Below are positions 18,902 through 28,794 of a stretch of DNA of 64,000 nucleotides, one piece after another. Numbering within the stretch: position 1 is the stretch's first letter; the number at the start of each line of letters is the position of its first letter. This DNA is from Shigella phage ESh28, in the sequence record ON528738, one strand, 5' to 3'. The translations under genes were made by a program, and so were the position numbers. A model generated the notes under the pieces. That model saw nothing but the letters and a program-made list of their open reading frames with translations, did no database searches and was not told the DNA's origin.

Positions 18902-19831
18902 ATGAAAACTCGTAAACATTATATTGATTATTTTGACAGTCTTATTACTAAACACCGTAATTATCAGATCGGGCACAGAGCAGTAATCAATAATATTCTT
19001 CGTGATTTCCTTCAATATGTTGGCCAGGAAAATCATATCTGTAAAGATACTCAAAACGCTTATTCTCATTCGTTAGGCAATTTGCTTCAATGGTTTAAAC
19101 GTTCTCGTCTGTTATCTTCTACTGTAGCTAGTGATAACATTAAAAACTTTATGAAGCCGAGCTTCATTAAATCTGAGACATCTATAACCGATTTGGTTGA
19201 ATTTACTATTGTTAACGATGTTAAAAAGACCCATTTGGCTGATTGGTTATCTACCATTCCCGAAACTAAATTTGCTGATAAATTCGCTTGTCAATTCAAT
19301 GACCAAGTGAATATGCTTTTTAAGCATGCTCGTAAACTATTTACCGCGGGCGATGACCGTACAAATACAGTTCATGTTAAGGATTGGGTTATTGCTGATG
19401 AAGTAACACACAAGCCAGGTGGTTCATCAGTATTAATTAATATCCAGGTTCCTTATTATTACTCACGTAATCTCGGCACCATGACAGCTAGAGAAATTAA
19501 TAAGCACAACAAAACTATTCGTTCGTTGTCTTATAAACTCTGCACGATGGTGGAGATGATGGACGTAGTGGAAATGTATGATGAAACCGAAGATAATGGT
19601 TCAATGTTATACAGTTCACGCATTCTAATTAAACTGAAGAACCCTAATACATATAAGACAGTTGTAAAAGAGCCTAAAGTAGAAAAGGTTGATAATCTGA
19701 GTGAAGAACGTGAATATCTCAATGCCCGTTTGACTGAAGTTGAAAAACAAATTGCAGAACACACCAAATTGTTAAAATCTCTTAATGCAAAAGCAAATGG
19801 TTTACGTAATGCTATTGAGGTATTGAAATGA
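18902..19831 (+). CDS. hypothetical protein with C-terminal coiled coil (family member 4)
   Basis: 309 aa; C terminus ...[37 protein letters not shown]. Confidence 0.5.
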   Translation: MKTRKHYIDYFDSLITKHRNYQIGHRAVINNILRDFLQYVGQENHICKDTQNAYSHSLGNLLQWFKRSRLLSSTVASDNIKNFMKPSFIKSETSITDLVEFTIVNDVKKTHLADWLSTIPETKFADKFACQFNDQVNMLFKHARKLFTAGDDRTNTVHVKDWVIADEVTHKPGGSSVLINIQVPYYYSRNLGTMTAREINKHNKTIRSLSYKLCTMVEMMDVVEMYDETEDNGSMLYSSRILIKLKNPNTYKTVVKEPKVEKVDNLSEEREYLNARLTEVEKQIAEHTKLLKSLNAKANGLRNAIEVLK

Positions 19832-20145
19832 AAAAGCGTCTATTAGAAGACATTGCAGCTTCAAGTAATTCCAGTTTAATTAAAATTATTATGGCCGGTG
19901 AAGAAGACGATATGGAAATGCGTGGAAAGATTCACGGCTGCGACGATCTAGACTTTAAACCTCCTGCTTGGGATGCTATTATGGCTATGGTTGAACGTCG
20001 CGAAAGGGCTTCTAAAAACGTTCCTAATTGTCCTGAATGCGGTACTGAACAGGTTCAATTGGTCCATTGGCAGACTAGTAATCTTCGTTATAAATGCCGT
20101 CATTGCAAACACCGATTTAACCGAGAAGAAAATGACAAAGCGTAA
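19828..20145 (+). CDS. zinc-ribbon protein
   Basis: C-terminal CPECG ... CRHCKH four-cysteine ribbon. Confidence 0.45.
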   Translation: MKKRLLEDIAASSNSSLIKIIMAGEEDDMEMRGKIHGCDDLDFKPPAWDAIMAMVERRERASKNVPNCPECGTEQVQLVHWQTSNLRYKCRHCKHRFNREENDKA

Positions 20146-20374
20146 AGAATATATGGAGGCTGCTGAAAAGGCAGTCCGTGAATTAGCAATATCTTATTAT
20201 AATGAACATGGCAAATTTCCTGATAGATACAGTGTGCTTAAATCTGCTTTAACTCGTTCATACAAAAATATGCTATCAGAAGTAAGTGATATTATATACA
20301 AACATAAAGAACAAACGGGCCAAAGTCTTGATTACGACGAGACTTTTAAACAAGTACTAGGAATTAAGGAATAA
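20132..20374 (+). CDS. hypothetical protein
   Basis: Internal ATG (MTKRKEY...) of tracked ORF 19973-20374; short overlap with upstream gene. Confidence 0.35.
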   Translation: MTKRKEYMEAAEKAVRELAISYYNEHGKFPDRYSVLKSALTRSYKNMLSEVSDIIYKHKEQTGQSLDYDETFKQVLGIKE

Positions 20375-20375
20375 T

Positions 20376-20639
20376 ATGTTTAAAGTATATGGTTATGATA
20401 GCAACATCCACAAATGCGTATATTGCGATAATGCAAAACGTCTCTTGACTGTGAAGAAACAGCCATTTGAATTTATCAATATTATGCCGGAAAAAGGTGT
20501 TTTTGATGATGAGAAAATCGCTGAGCTTCTGACTAAACTAGGTCGTGATACTCAAATCGGCTTGACGATGCCTCAAGTATTTGCTCCTGATGGAAGTCAT
20601 ATTGGTGGATTTGACCAATTGCGGGAATACTTTAAATGA
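20376..20639 (+). CDS. nrdC: glutaredoxin/thioredoxin NrdC
   Basis: 87 aa, CVYC active site, matches T4 NrdC. Confidence 0.9.
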   Translation: MFKVYGYDSNIHKCVYCDNAKRLLTVKKQPFEFINIMPEKGVFDDEKIAELLTKLGRDTQIGLTMPQVFAPDGSHIGGFDQLREYFK

Positions 20640-20851
20640 TTCTCGAAGGAACTGATTATATCCATGATTACCGCGGAAGCGCGGTATATGTAGGTGATGA
20701 AGTTGCAGTTTATTATGGGTATGGAACTTTGATGACAGCTAAGGTTATTCAAATTAAAAATAATCGTGCTAAACTCGAAGTTTATTATTCTAATGGTGAA
20801 AAGTCTATTTCTAAGTGGAAATATGGCGATTGCATGGTCAAACTGGGGTAA
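20636..20851 (+). CDS. hypothetical small protein
   Basis: Tracked ORF coupled to nrdC. Confidence 0.45.
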   Translation: MILEGTDYIHDYRGSAVYVGDEVAVYYGYGTLMTAKVIQIKNNRAKLEVYYSNGEKSISKWKYGDCMVKLG

Positions 20852-20853
20852 AT

Positions 20854-21024
20854 ATGATTTACGATATTAATGCAGCAAGAGCTCCGTCAATGGTTACTAT
20901 TCCAGTTGAAGAATTAGATCGTCTTCATAAAATTGAAGAACTTCTTTGGGAAATTGAATCTGATTTGCCATCAGGATTAGAATCCTGGATTGATTATGAA
21001 GACCTTAATAAATTGCGAAATTAA
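20854..21024 (+). CDS. hypothetical small acidic protein
   Basis: ATG right after upstream stop (Met 14 of tracked ORF). Confidence 0.4.
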   Translation: MIYDINAARAPSMVTIPVEELDRLHKIEELLWEIESDLPSGLESWIDYEDLNKLRN

Positions 21025-21034
21025 GTGGTGACAA

Positions 21035-21355
21035 ATGACTATTGAAAATAAATTAGATGTTGATGCAGTTCTGAGTGAAATCATTGAAGACCATGATGCA
21101 TTTTCAGAAAACTATGATTTCGATTTTTCCGATTATCTCAAACCTGTCGAAATAGAAGACTGGGTACAAGACGGCAAATGTCAATATCGTCAGTGTGTTT
21201 ATTTTAGTCCAAAACATAACGTTCATGTGGCTGTAAATGAAACTCGCTCAGGTTCTTACCATTCTGACTGGTATTATGCAGTTCCTACTGTTGAACTGGT
21301 TGAGCTTCGAGAACGTGTAGTAACTCAGACAGTACGAGAATGGATTACGCTATAA
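21035..21355 (+). CDS. hypothetical acidic protein
   Basis: Tracked ORF. Confidence 0.45.
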   Translation: MTIENKLDVDAVLSEIIEDHDAFSENYDFDFSDYLKPVEIEDWVQDGKCQYRQCVYFSPKHNVHVAVNETRSGSYHSDWYYAVPTVELVELRERVVTQTVREWITL

Positions 21356-21495
21356 AACCTTGGTGGGCGGCTAGATGGGAAATTGTAGAGCCAGAGCCGG
21401 AAGAACCGGTTTACACTGATGAAGAAACAGTATATAATGAACCAACGATAAATGACTTAATTGATATGGAGATGGGACATGATTACAGTAGATAA
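21340..21495 (+). CDS. possible small acidic ORF (51 aa)
   Basis: Untracked frame spanning GC-richer patch; overlaps both neighbours; weak SD. Confidence 0.25.
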   Translation: MDYAIKPWWAARWEIVEPEPEEPVYTDEETVYNEPTINDLIDMEMGHDYSR

Positions 21496-21964
21496 GTGGT
21501 TTAGAATTAATCGTGCTGATAAAGAGCTATGTAATTACTGGCCGGAACTTAGTGCAGGTACTGTCTTTAAAGTTCGTGAACTTGCAAAAGAATGCGAAGA
21601 TGATATAGAACCTGATACTGGAATTATTGAAATTGAACTTTCTGGTGGAAAGATTATTAACATCTACGATAAGCCAACTGCGTATTGGTGCTTGTGGAAT
21701 ACTGAATCAGTAGAAAATGGTGAAATCGAGGAAGTTGTAGAGAGAACTAATCAAGTTGTTCAGAAGCCTAAAGCCGATTTTCAAGGTGAACGTATTCCAT
21801 ACGCATTAGCTAAATTAGCTGCGCAAGAAAATAACGATGGCTATGAAGGTAACCTGATGCAAGCTGCCGCAGAATACATTGAATGGCTTGAAAATCAAAT
21901 TTCTTTTTCTGACCAAAAGATTCGGCAATATAAGCGATTGAATCAAATGTTTTACAATACTTGA
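21479..21964 (+). CDS. hypothetical protein; positional candidate for T4 Pin (Lon protease inhibitor)
   Basis: 161 aa from internal ATG after GGAGATGGGA; lies between nrdC block and gene 49 where T4 has pin. Confidence 0.45.
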   Translation: MITVDKWFRINRADKELCNYWPELSAGTVFKVRELAKECEDDIEPDTGIIEIELSGGKIINIYDKPTAYWCLWNTESVENGEIEEVVERTNQVVQKPKADFQGERIPYALAKLAAQENNDGYEGNLMQAAAEYIEWLENQISFSDQKIRQYKRLNQMFYNT

Positions 21965-22005
21965 AAATAATAAATACCCTTATCTATTTAAGGTAAGGGT
22001 TTATT

Positions 22006-22479
22006 ATGTTATTGACTGGCAAATTATATAAAGAAGAAAAACAGAAATTTTATGATGCACAAAACGGTAAATGCTTAATTTGCCAACGAGAACTAAATCC
22101 TGATGTTCAAGCTAATCACCTCGACCATGACCATGAATTAAATGGACCAAAAGCAGGAAAGGTACGTGGATTGCTTTGTAATCTCTGCAATGCCGCAGAA
22201 GGTCAAATGAAACATAAATTTAATCGTTCTGGCTTAAAGGGGCAAGGTGTTGATTATCTTGAATGGTTAGAAAATTTACTTACTTATTTAAAATCCGATT
22301 ACACCCAAAATAATATTCACCCTAACTTTGTTGGAGATAAATCAAAGGAATTTTCTCGTTTAGGAAAAGAGGAAATGATGGCCGAGATGCTTCAAAGAGG
22401 ATTTGAATATAATGAATCTGACACCAAAACACAATTAATAGCTTCATTTAAGAAGCAGCTTAGAAAGAGTTTAAAATGA
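22006..22479 (+). CDS. 49: endonuclease VII (Holliday junction resolvase)
   Basis: 157 aa; zinc-binding CLICQ ... HLDHDHELNGPKAGKVRGLLCNLCN motif as in T4 gp49. Confidence 0.9.
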   Translation: MLLTGKLYKEEKQKFYDAQNGKCLICQRELNPDVQANHLDHDHELNGPKAGKVRGLLCNLCNAAEGQMKHKFNRSGLKGQGVDYLEWLENLLTYLKSDYTQNNIHPNFVGDKSKEFSRLGKEEMMAEMLQRGFEYNESDTKTQLIASFKKQLRKSLK

Positions 22480-24293
22480 CAATTGAAAAAGAAATTGAAG
22501 GATTGATTCATAAAACTAATAAAGACCTTTTGAACGAGAATGCTAATAAAGATTCTCGTGTTTTTCCAACTCAACGGGACCTTATGGCTGGTATTGTGTC
22601 TAAACACATTGCCAAAAATATGGTCCCGTCTTTTATTATGAAAGCGCATGAAAGCGGAATTATTCATTTCCATGATATTGATTATTCCCCTGCTCTTCCA
22701 TTTACTAATTGTTGTTTAGTAGATTTAAAAGGAATGCTTGAAAACGGATTTAAGCTAGGTAATGCACAGATTGAAACTCCTAAATCAATTGGAGTTGCTA
22801 CTGCAATTATGGCACAAATTACTGCGCAAGTTGCTTCTCACCAATACGGCGGAACGACTTTTGCGAATGTAGATAAAGTACTTTCTCCTTATGTTAAACG
22901 CACCTATGCAAAACATATTGAGGATGCAGAAAAATGGCAAATCGCTGATGCGTTGAATTATGCTCAATCTAAAACAGAAAAAGATGTATACGATGCATTC
23001 CAAGCTTATGAATATGAAGTAAATACTCTCTTTAGTTCAAACGGACAGACTCCTTTTGTAACAATTACATTTGGTACGGGAACTGACTGGACTGAACGAA
23101 TGATTCAGAAAGCAATTCTGAAAAATCGTATTAAAGGTCTTGGTCGTGATGGGATAACTCCTATTTTCCCTAAGCTTGTTATGTTCGTCGAAGAAGGTGT
23201 TAATCTTTATAAAGACGATCCGAACTATGATATTAAGCAACTTGCTCTAGAGTGCGCAAGTAAAAGAATGTATCCTGATATTATTTCAGCTAAGAACAAT
23301 AAAGCTATCACTGGCTCATCTATTCCTGTTTCTCCAATGGGTTGTCGTAGTTTCTTGAGCGTGTGGAAAGATTCGACTGGTAATGAAATTCTTGATGGAC
23401 GTAATAATCTTGGCGTTGTAACACTGAATCTTCCTCGTATTGCGTTAGATTCTTATATTGGAACACAGTTCAATGAACAGAAATTTATCGAATTGTTCAA
23501 TGAACGAATGGATTTATGTTTTGAAGCTTTGATGTGTAGAATTAGTTCCTTAAAAGGAGTTAAAGCGACTGTTGCTCCTATTCTTTACCAAGAAGGTGCA
23601 TTTGGGGTTCGTCTTAAACCTGATGACGATATAATTGAGTTATTTAAAAACGGTAGAAGTTCAGTGTCTCTAGGATACATTGGTATTCACGAATTGAATA
23701 TTCTTGTCGGTCGTGATATTGGACAGGAAATTTTAACTAAAATGAATGCTCGTCTTAAACGGTGGACTGAAAGAACCGGATTTGCTTTTAGCTTGTATTC
23801 TACTCCTGCTGAAAACCTTTGTTATCGCTTCTGTAAACTTGATACAGAAAAATACGGAAGTGTAAAGGATGTTACTGATAAAGGATGGTACACTAATAGT
23901 TTCCATGTTTCAGTAGAAGAAAATATTACTCCGTTTGAAAAGATTTCTCGTGAAGCGCCATATCATTTCATTGCGACAGGTGGTCACATTTCTTATGTTG
24001 AACTTCCTGATATGAAAAATAATCTAAAAGGTCTTGAGGCCGTATGGGATTATGCTGCACAGCATTTAGATTATTTTGGTGTTAACATGCCAGTAGATAA
24101 GTGTTTTACATGCGGAAGTACCCATGAAATGACTCCTACTGAAAACGGATTTGTTTGTTCTATTTGTGGAGAAACTGATCCTAAAAAGATGAATACCATA
24201 AGAAGAACATGTGGTTATTTGGGAAATCCGAACGAGCGCGGATTTAATCTAGGTAAAAATAAAGAAATCATGCATAGGGTTAAACACCAATGA
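22476..24293 (+). CDS. nrdD: anaerobic ribonucleoside-triphosphate reductase NrdD
   Basis: 605 aa contiguous; C-terminal glycyl radical motif RRTCGYLG; Cys-rich zinc site. Confidence 0.95.
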   Translation: MTIEKEIEGLIHKTNKDLLNENANKDSRVFPTQRDLMAGIVSKHIAKNMVPSFIMKAHESGIIHFHDIDYSPALPFTNCCLVDLKGMLENGFKLGNAQIETPKSIGVATAIMAQITAQVASHQYGGTTFANVDKVLSPYVKRTYAKHIEDAEKWQIADALNYAQSKTEKDVYDAFQAYEYEVNTLFSSNGQTPFVTITFGTGTDWTERMIQKAILKNRIKGLGRDGITPIFPKLVMFVEEGVNLYKDDPNYDIKQLALECASKRMYPDIISAKNNKAITGSSIPVSPMGCRSFLSVWKDSTGNEILDGRNNLGVVTLNLPRIALDSYIGTQFNEQKFIELFNERMDLCFEALMCRISSLKGVKATVAPILYQEGAFGVRLKPDDDIIELFKNGRSSVSLGYIGIHELNILVGRDIGQEILTKMNARLKRWTERTGFAFSLYSTPAENLCYRFCKLDTEKYGSVKDVTDKGWYTNSFHVSVEENITPFEKISREAPYHFIATGGHISYVELPDMKNNLKGLEAVWDYAAQHLDYFGVNMPVDKCFTCGSTHEMTPTENGFVCSICGETDPKKMNTIRRTCGYLGNPNERGFNLGKNKEIMHRVKHQ

Positions 24294-24760
24294 ATTATGA
24301 TAGATTTTATCCTTGTGATTTTGTGAATGGCCCTGGTTGCAGGGTCGTTCTTTTCGTCACAGGTTGTTTGCATAAATGCGAAGGGTGTTATAATAAATCA
24401 ACATGGAATGCTAGAAATGGTATTCCATTCACTGGAGAGACACTAGAACAATTAATTGAATGTTTGAATAATGATTATATAGAAGGATTAACTATAACCG
24501 GAGGAGACCCTCTCTATCCTGACAATCGAGATGTTATTCATTGCATTGTTCAAACAGTAAAAAATCTTTATCCCAATAAAAGCATTTGGTTGTGGACAGG
24601 ATATAAGTTTGAAGATATTAAACAACTAGAAATGCTTAAATATGTTGATGTTATTATTGATGGGAAGTATGAGAAAAATCTTCCGACTAAAAAGCTGTGG
24701 CGAGGATCAGATAATCAGCGACTTTGGTCAAATACCGATGGGGTGTGGAAACATGATTAA
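24290..24760 (+). CDS. nrdG: anaerobic RNR activating radical-SAM protein NrdG
   Basis: 156 aa; CxxxCxxC radical SAM cluster motif (CLHKCEGC). Confidence 0.9.
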   Translation: MNYDRFYPCDFVNGPGCRVVLFVTGCLHKCEGCYNKSTWNARNGIPFTGETLEQLIECLNNDYIEGLTITGGDPLYPDNRDVIHCIVQTVKNLYPNKSIWLWTGYKFEDIKQLEMLKYVDVIIDGKYEKNLPTKKLWRGSDNQRLWSNTDGVWKHD

Positions 24761-24874
24761 ATTGAATTATATTATGGATACTATAAATGATATGATTTTT
24801 CATTTTGGTCCAGAATTTTATTCACAGTATAGTTTAGTGCTTATCAATGCTTGGTTAATTAATTAAGGGTAAAT

Positions 24875-25087
24875 ATGTATAAATTTCGTAAAGGTTTAGC
24901 TGATTTTCTTACAACTGTAACATTCTTTCTGTTTATGGCAGTTGGAGCTATTTTCCTTATTCCTTTTATTGTTATATTTTTCGTAATTAGTTTAATTTCT
25001 CCAGAAAAAGGACTATCTTCTAGCGAGTTCAATGAGCGTCTGGATAAAATTACTAACAAGCTGAATGCTGCTCTTAGTAAGGAATAG
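24875..25087 (+). CDS. small membrane protein
   Basis: Two hydrophobic helices; strong SD. Confidence 0.4.
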   Translation: MYKFRKGLADFLTTVTFFLFMAVGAIFLIPFIVIFFVISLISPEKGLSSSEFNERLDKITNKLNAALSKE

Positions 25088-25089
25088 TT

Positions 25090-25398
25090 GTGAAACAAAA
25101 TAAGATTGAAGTCTATGGAATTCCAGATGAAGTAGGTCGTTGTCCTGGATGTCAATCAGTTACAAAACTTCTAAAGGAGCTCAATGCTCCTTTTACTTTC
25201 TATAAAGTTCTTACAAATAATGGTAAGATTGAGTATGATCGTCCACTGATTGTATCTCTTGCTAAACGTGCTGGATTCACATCTCTTAACATTCGTTATC
25301 CAGTCATTTTCATTAATGATTCTAGACAAAAGAACATTAAACACTTCAAAGAAACTCTCATTTCACTTGGATATGATAGAGATATCATAGAAGACTAA
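25090..25398 (+). CDS. nrdH: glutaredoxin-like protein NrdH
   Basis: 102 aa; CPGC redox motif. Confidence 0.8.
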   Translation: MKQNKIEVYGIPDEVGRCPGCQSVTKLLKELNAPFTFYKVLTNNGKIEYDRPLIVSLAKRAGFTSLNIRYPVIFINDSRQKNIKHFKETLISLGYDRDIIED

Positions 25399-25401
25399 GA
25401 C

Positions 25402-25423
25402 GGGCCCTCTGGGCCTTTCTTTC
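25402..25423 (+). terminator. possible weak terminator hairpin
   Basis: GGCCC-TCT-GGGCC then T-rich tract. Confidence 0.4.
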
Positions 25424-25495
25424 TTACATTCTGTATATTACCATTCTAAGCTATCGTTCCCTTCTTATCATTCCCTAAAATAATTTTCACAAAGT

Positions 25496-25525
25496 TGTTT
25501 ACAACAAGTTCAAACCGTGGTATTA
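25496..25525 (+). promoter_or_regulatory. T4-type early promoter
   Basis: TTTTCACAAAGTTGTTTAC ... GTGGTATTATTAAT. Confidence 0.55.
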
Positions 25526-25556
25526 TTAATACATGAATTGCCTTTGAGGAATTGAT

Positions 25557-25733
25557 ATGGTTGATAAAGAGATTAAAATTGACCAGTACTATCGTGTTAA
25601 CGGACATATCGTTATTGTTACAGCAGTCGATGATTTAGATGTTCATTATACTGTAATTAAATGGAACAAACGTATGATTTGTGACCGTGTTGTATTTAGT
25701 TCAGTTGCTAAGGAAATTAAACTCCATGGGTAA
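25557..25733 (+). CDS. hypothetical small protein
   Basis: 58-codon ORF not in track; SD GAGGAATTGATATG. Confidence 0.35.
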   Translation: MVDKEIKIDQYYRVNGHIVIVTAVDDLDVHYTVIKWNKRMICDRVVFSSVAKEIKLHG

Positions 25734-26019
25734 AACGTATCGTCGTAAAGACTTAAAAGTGCGTGATTATGACTATTTCGGAAAGCGTAAAGCTCCTGAT
25801 GGGGTAAGTCATAAAGATATGGTTGAAAACATTTTTCGCTCAGATAAATGGCGTAGAATGAAAGGTATTGATTCAGAAGTTAAAGATGAGCTAAATCGCC
25901 AATTACGTGGTGAAGTAAGAAAGTTGAAAAAATCAGTTTACATTGACGATGATTTTGATTATAATACATCTCAACGAGTTGCTAAGCGCAAATCAAACGA
26001 GTGTTATCGTTACAGCTGA
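25726..26019 (+). CDS. highly basic small protein, possibly nucleic-acid binding
   Basis: Lys/Arg-rich; internal ATG overlapping upstream stop. Confidence 0.4.
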   Translation: MGKTYRRKDLKVRDYDYFGKRKAPDGVSHKDMVENIFRSDKWRRMKGIDSEVKDELNRQLRGEVRKLKKSVYIDDDFDYNTSQRVAKRKSNECYRYS

Positions 26020-26026
26020 GGAAAAT

Positions 26027-26158
26027 ATGAATATCAAACGAATGCTTTTTAAGCAAGGACTATACACTTTAAATGTTGCACCAAAAGGCGATACAACTAA
26101 GTGGTCAGTAAATGACTGGATTAAATTCATTGATGAAAACGGTAATTGGAAAATTTAA
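26027..26158 (+). CDS. hypothetical small protein (43 aa)
   Basis: GAGGAAAATATG start inside tracked ORF. Confidence 0.3.
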   Translation: MNIKRMLFKQGLYTLNVAPKGDTTKWSVNDWIKFIDENGNWKI

Positions 26159-26359
26159 ATGAATCCTGAATCTAAATTATCGCAACGAATTGCTGAAGCT
26201 CGTCGCCAGTTCTTTGAAAATATGATAGCCCAAGGTATTGATGACGAAGTTTTTCTAAACTGGTTTTGGAATCACAAATATTCAAGTTGCTCAGGAGCAA
26301 TATTAATATCAGCCGCAATGATGTACGAAGGCTGGAAGGGTGCCAAAAAGTTTAGCTAA
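26159..26359 (+). CDS. hypothetical small protein
   Basis: Tracked ORF followed by terminator. Confidence 0.4.
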   Translation: MNPESKLSQRIAEARRQFFENMIAQGIDDEVFLNWFWNHKYSSCSGAILISAAMMYEGWKGAKKFS

Positions 26360-26378
26360 GGGCTTCGGCCCTTTTTGG
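26358..26378 (+). terminator. rho-independent terminator
   Basis: AGGGC-TTCG-GCCCT hairpin plus T tract. Confidence 0.65.
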
Positions 26379-26411
26379 ATAATAAAATTTTAATGCAATT
26401 GAGGATAATGT

Positions 26412-26738
26412 ATGACTATTCAAATTAAAAACGCCATCAATTCTTACGCATATGATAAAGTAGTTTCTTTGCTAGAAAAAGGCGATATTGTAACTCCTCA
26501 AATTTTGGATAAATGGGAAAAAGAGCTTCATCAAACGATGAAACAGAATGATCAGAAGATTGGACGCAATACTGTCCGTGAATTGTTGGTTCAATATATC
26601 TTGTCAGAATTTGATGTTAAAGCTTTTGGTGTAGAATCTAAAGCTTATCAAAAGCATGAAATTTCCGATAAAACTATTCGTCGCATGAAAAATCAACGCA
26701 AGAAAAAATTTGCAGACCTGAAAATTACTAAGGTATAA
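26412..26738 (+). CDS. hypothetical protein
   Basis: Tracked ORF with GAGGATAATGTATG SD. Confidence 0.45.
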   Translation: MTIQIKNAINSYAYDKVVSLLEKGDIVTPQILDKWEKELHQTMKQNDQKIGRNTVRELLVQYILSEFDVKAFGVESKAYQKHEISDKTIRRMKNQRKKKFADLKITKV

Positions 26739-26740
26739 TT

Positions 26741-26956
26741 ATGAACGAAGCTCTTATTAACGATTTACGTCTTGCTGGGTATGAAGTAAATACAAATGGC
26801 ATTGGTTTAACTCAAATTGAAGGAAATGGATTCATCCTTGAGTATGAATTTAGCCAATGGTGGTTATACGCTAATTACGGCGAATTGATTGAATATGTTG
26901 ATCAATTTGATTCACTAGATGCAGCTCTTGAAGCGGCTAAGTTGATGAATGCATGA
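26741..26956 (+). CDS. hypothetical small acidic protein
   Basis: Tracked ORF. Confidence 0.45.
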   Translation: MNEALINDLRLAGYEVNTNGIGLTQIEGNGFILEYEFSQWWLYANYGELIEYVDQFDSLDAALEAAKLMNA

Positions 26957-27222
26957 AATTTATTAATATTTCTATTACTATTGAAAATTATGGCATTTTC
27001 TATGTTGATCAATACATGAAAATTTCATTTTTCCCAAATAAGACTGGTGTTGGATATTGGGAAAGCCATGTTTCTGAATTAAATGAAAGTGAATATGTTA
27101 GTACACATGAAAAGTTTTTAGACTTTTTATATCATGCTGATCTAACTAGTCATTATATAGATATTCATGAATTTAAAAAGATGATGGAGAAAGTATTCCA
27201 AGCATACTGTTTACTTAGATAA
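26953..27222 (+). CDS. hypothetical protein
   Basis: Tracked ORF, ATGA-coupled. Confidence 0.4.
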   Translation: MKFINISITIENYGIFYVDQYMKISFFPNKTGVGYWESHVSELNESEYVSTHEKFLDFLYHADLTSHYIDIHEFKKMMEKVFQAYCLLR

Positions 27223-27300
27223 CTGATATCCTCTATGCTTTAAGATAGATCTTCAAATATTATGATATAATAGATCTATGAATTGAGCTAAGAGGTGAAA

Positions 27301-27858
27301 ATGTCAGAAACTAAGCCTAAATATAATTACGTAAACAATAAAGAGCTTTTACAAGCTATTATTGATTGGAAAACAGAATTAGCAAATAATAAAGACCCAA
27401 ATAAAGTAGTTCGTCAGAATGATACTATCGGATTAGCCATTATGCTTATTGCAGAAGGCTTATCTAAACGTTTTAACTTTTCAGGATACACCCAATCTTG
27501 GAAACAAGAAATGATTGCAGATGGTATAGAAGCTTCTATTAAGGGGCTTCACAATTTTGATGAAACGAAATATAAAAACCCACATGCATATATAACTCAA
27601 GCTTGTTTTAATGCATTCGTCCAACGTATTAAAAAAGAACGTAAGGAAGTTGCAAAGAAATATAGTTACTTCGTTCACAATGTCTATGACAGTCGTGACG
27701 ACGATATGGTTGCGTTAGTAGATGAAACTTTTATTCAAGACATCTATGATAAAATGACGCATTACGAAGAATCAACCTATAGAACACCGGGGGCTGAAAA
27801 GAAAAGTGTTGTAGACGATTCTCCTAGTTTGGATTTTTTATATGAGGCTAACGATTAA
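27301..27858 (+). CDS. 55: late-transcription sigma factor gp55
   Basis: 185 aa from ATG after AAGAGGTG; [26 protein letters not shown] matches T4 gp55. Confidence 0.9.
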
Positions 27859-28060
27859 CCTCTCCGGATTCTTGGAAGAAATACCTGAAGTTGAAGCTAT
27901 TCCCTATTTACTTAAAATGTATCTCAGGGAAGTTTTAGCTCTTGACATTGATATTGATCCAGAAAATCCGTATGATACCGCTTTTAAATCTAATGGTGTA
28001 GAATTAAACTATCGGTATCATTTAACAGATGATGATTTTTATTTTATATTAGAGAAATAA
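27842..28060 (+). CDS. hypothetical small protein
   Basis: Tracked ORF overlapping gp55 end. Confidence 0.4.
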
Positions 28061-28061
28061 T

Positions 28062-28379
28062 ATGACTGATAAACCCGAAATTAATGATGAAGTGGAAAAG
28101 CTTATTTCTTCTATTGAAGAAAAGAACCGTCTTGAAGCAGAAAGAAAAGCAAATAAGTTATTGTCTAAAAACAAACGCGAACTGAATCGTCTTTATAAGC
28201 ACGCTCAGATCGCAGCTGAAAATAATAATTTTGCTCAATACGAATATGCTATCAAGAAAAGTCGGGATATTCTAAAACAGCCATATAACGATGAACTCAT
28301 CAGTATTCTTTGGAAGACTACTAGATCGCAAATTGAGGATATGATTGATGCTTACACACGTAAAATTCAAGCGTCTTAA
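28062..28379 (+). CDS. hypothetical helical protein
   Basis: Tracked ORF. Confidence 0.45.
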   Translation: MTDKPEINDEVEKLISSIEEKNRLEAERKANKLLSKNKRELNRLYKHAQIAAENNNFAQYEYAIKKSRDILKQPYNDELISILWKTTRSQIEDMIDAYTRKIQAS

Positions 28380-28551
28380 AATTAATGCAGGATTTACTGA
28401 ATCTTTGAATGGTCATCTTTGTGTGAAAATTTCTGAAAAAGAATACCATGATAGTTCAATTAAAGAAGTTAATCCTCCTATTGTAAGAGCAGACCCTAAT
28501 ATGAAAGTGTGGGTTGATTCCTATCAAGTCAAAAAATGGTGGCAACTGTGA
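28345..28551 (+). CDS. hypothetical small protein
   Basis: Tracked ORF overlapping previous. Confidence 0.35.
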   Translation: MMLTHVKFKRLKINAGFTESLNGHLCVKISEKEYHDSSIKEVNPPIVRADPNMKVWVDSYQVKKWWQL

Positions 28552-28554
28552 AAG

Positions 28555-28728
28555 ATGAACACCCAGACTTCTGAAATAGATTATAATAAAATTCGTTCCT
28601 CTAAAGAGGAAATGATGAGACGCTTTAAAGAGTCTCATGATAAAGCTAAAGCAGAAGGAACTATAAAATATAAGCGCATAAAATTTAAAAGTTCTAACGA
28701 GCCTCTGTACGGCGTATTATGCGGATAG
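28555..28728 (+). CDS. possible small basic ORF (57 aa)
   Basis: Untracked; ends at hairpin AGGAGC-TTCG-GCTCCT. Confidence 0.3.
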   Translation: MNTQTSEIDYNKIRSSKEEMMRRFKESHDKAKAEGTIKYKRIKFKSSNEPLYGVLCG

Positions 28729-28745
28729 GAGCTTCGGCTCCTATA
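28726..28745 (+). terminator. hairpin, possible terminator
   Basis: AGGAGC-TTCG-GCTCCT; weak T tract. Confidence 0.45.
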
Positions 28746-28794
28746 TTGCTTTATAAATTTTTGGTAAAATAAACCAAAACAAAGAGGATATTAA

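Noticed and set aside
22476-24293. Looked for the group I intron that interrupts nrdD in T4
   Set aside because: The frame is continuous for 605 codons through the C-terminal glycyl radical motif; no interruption visible
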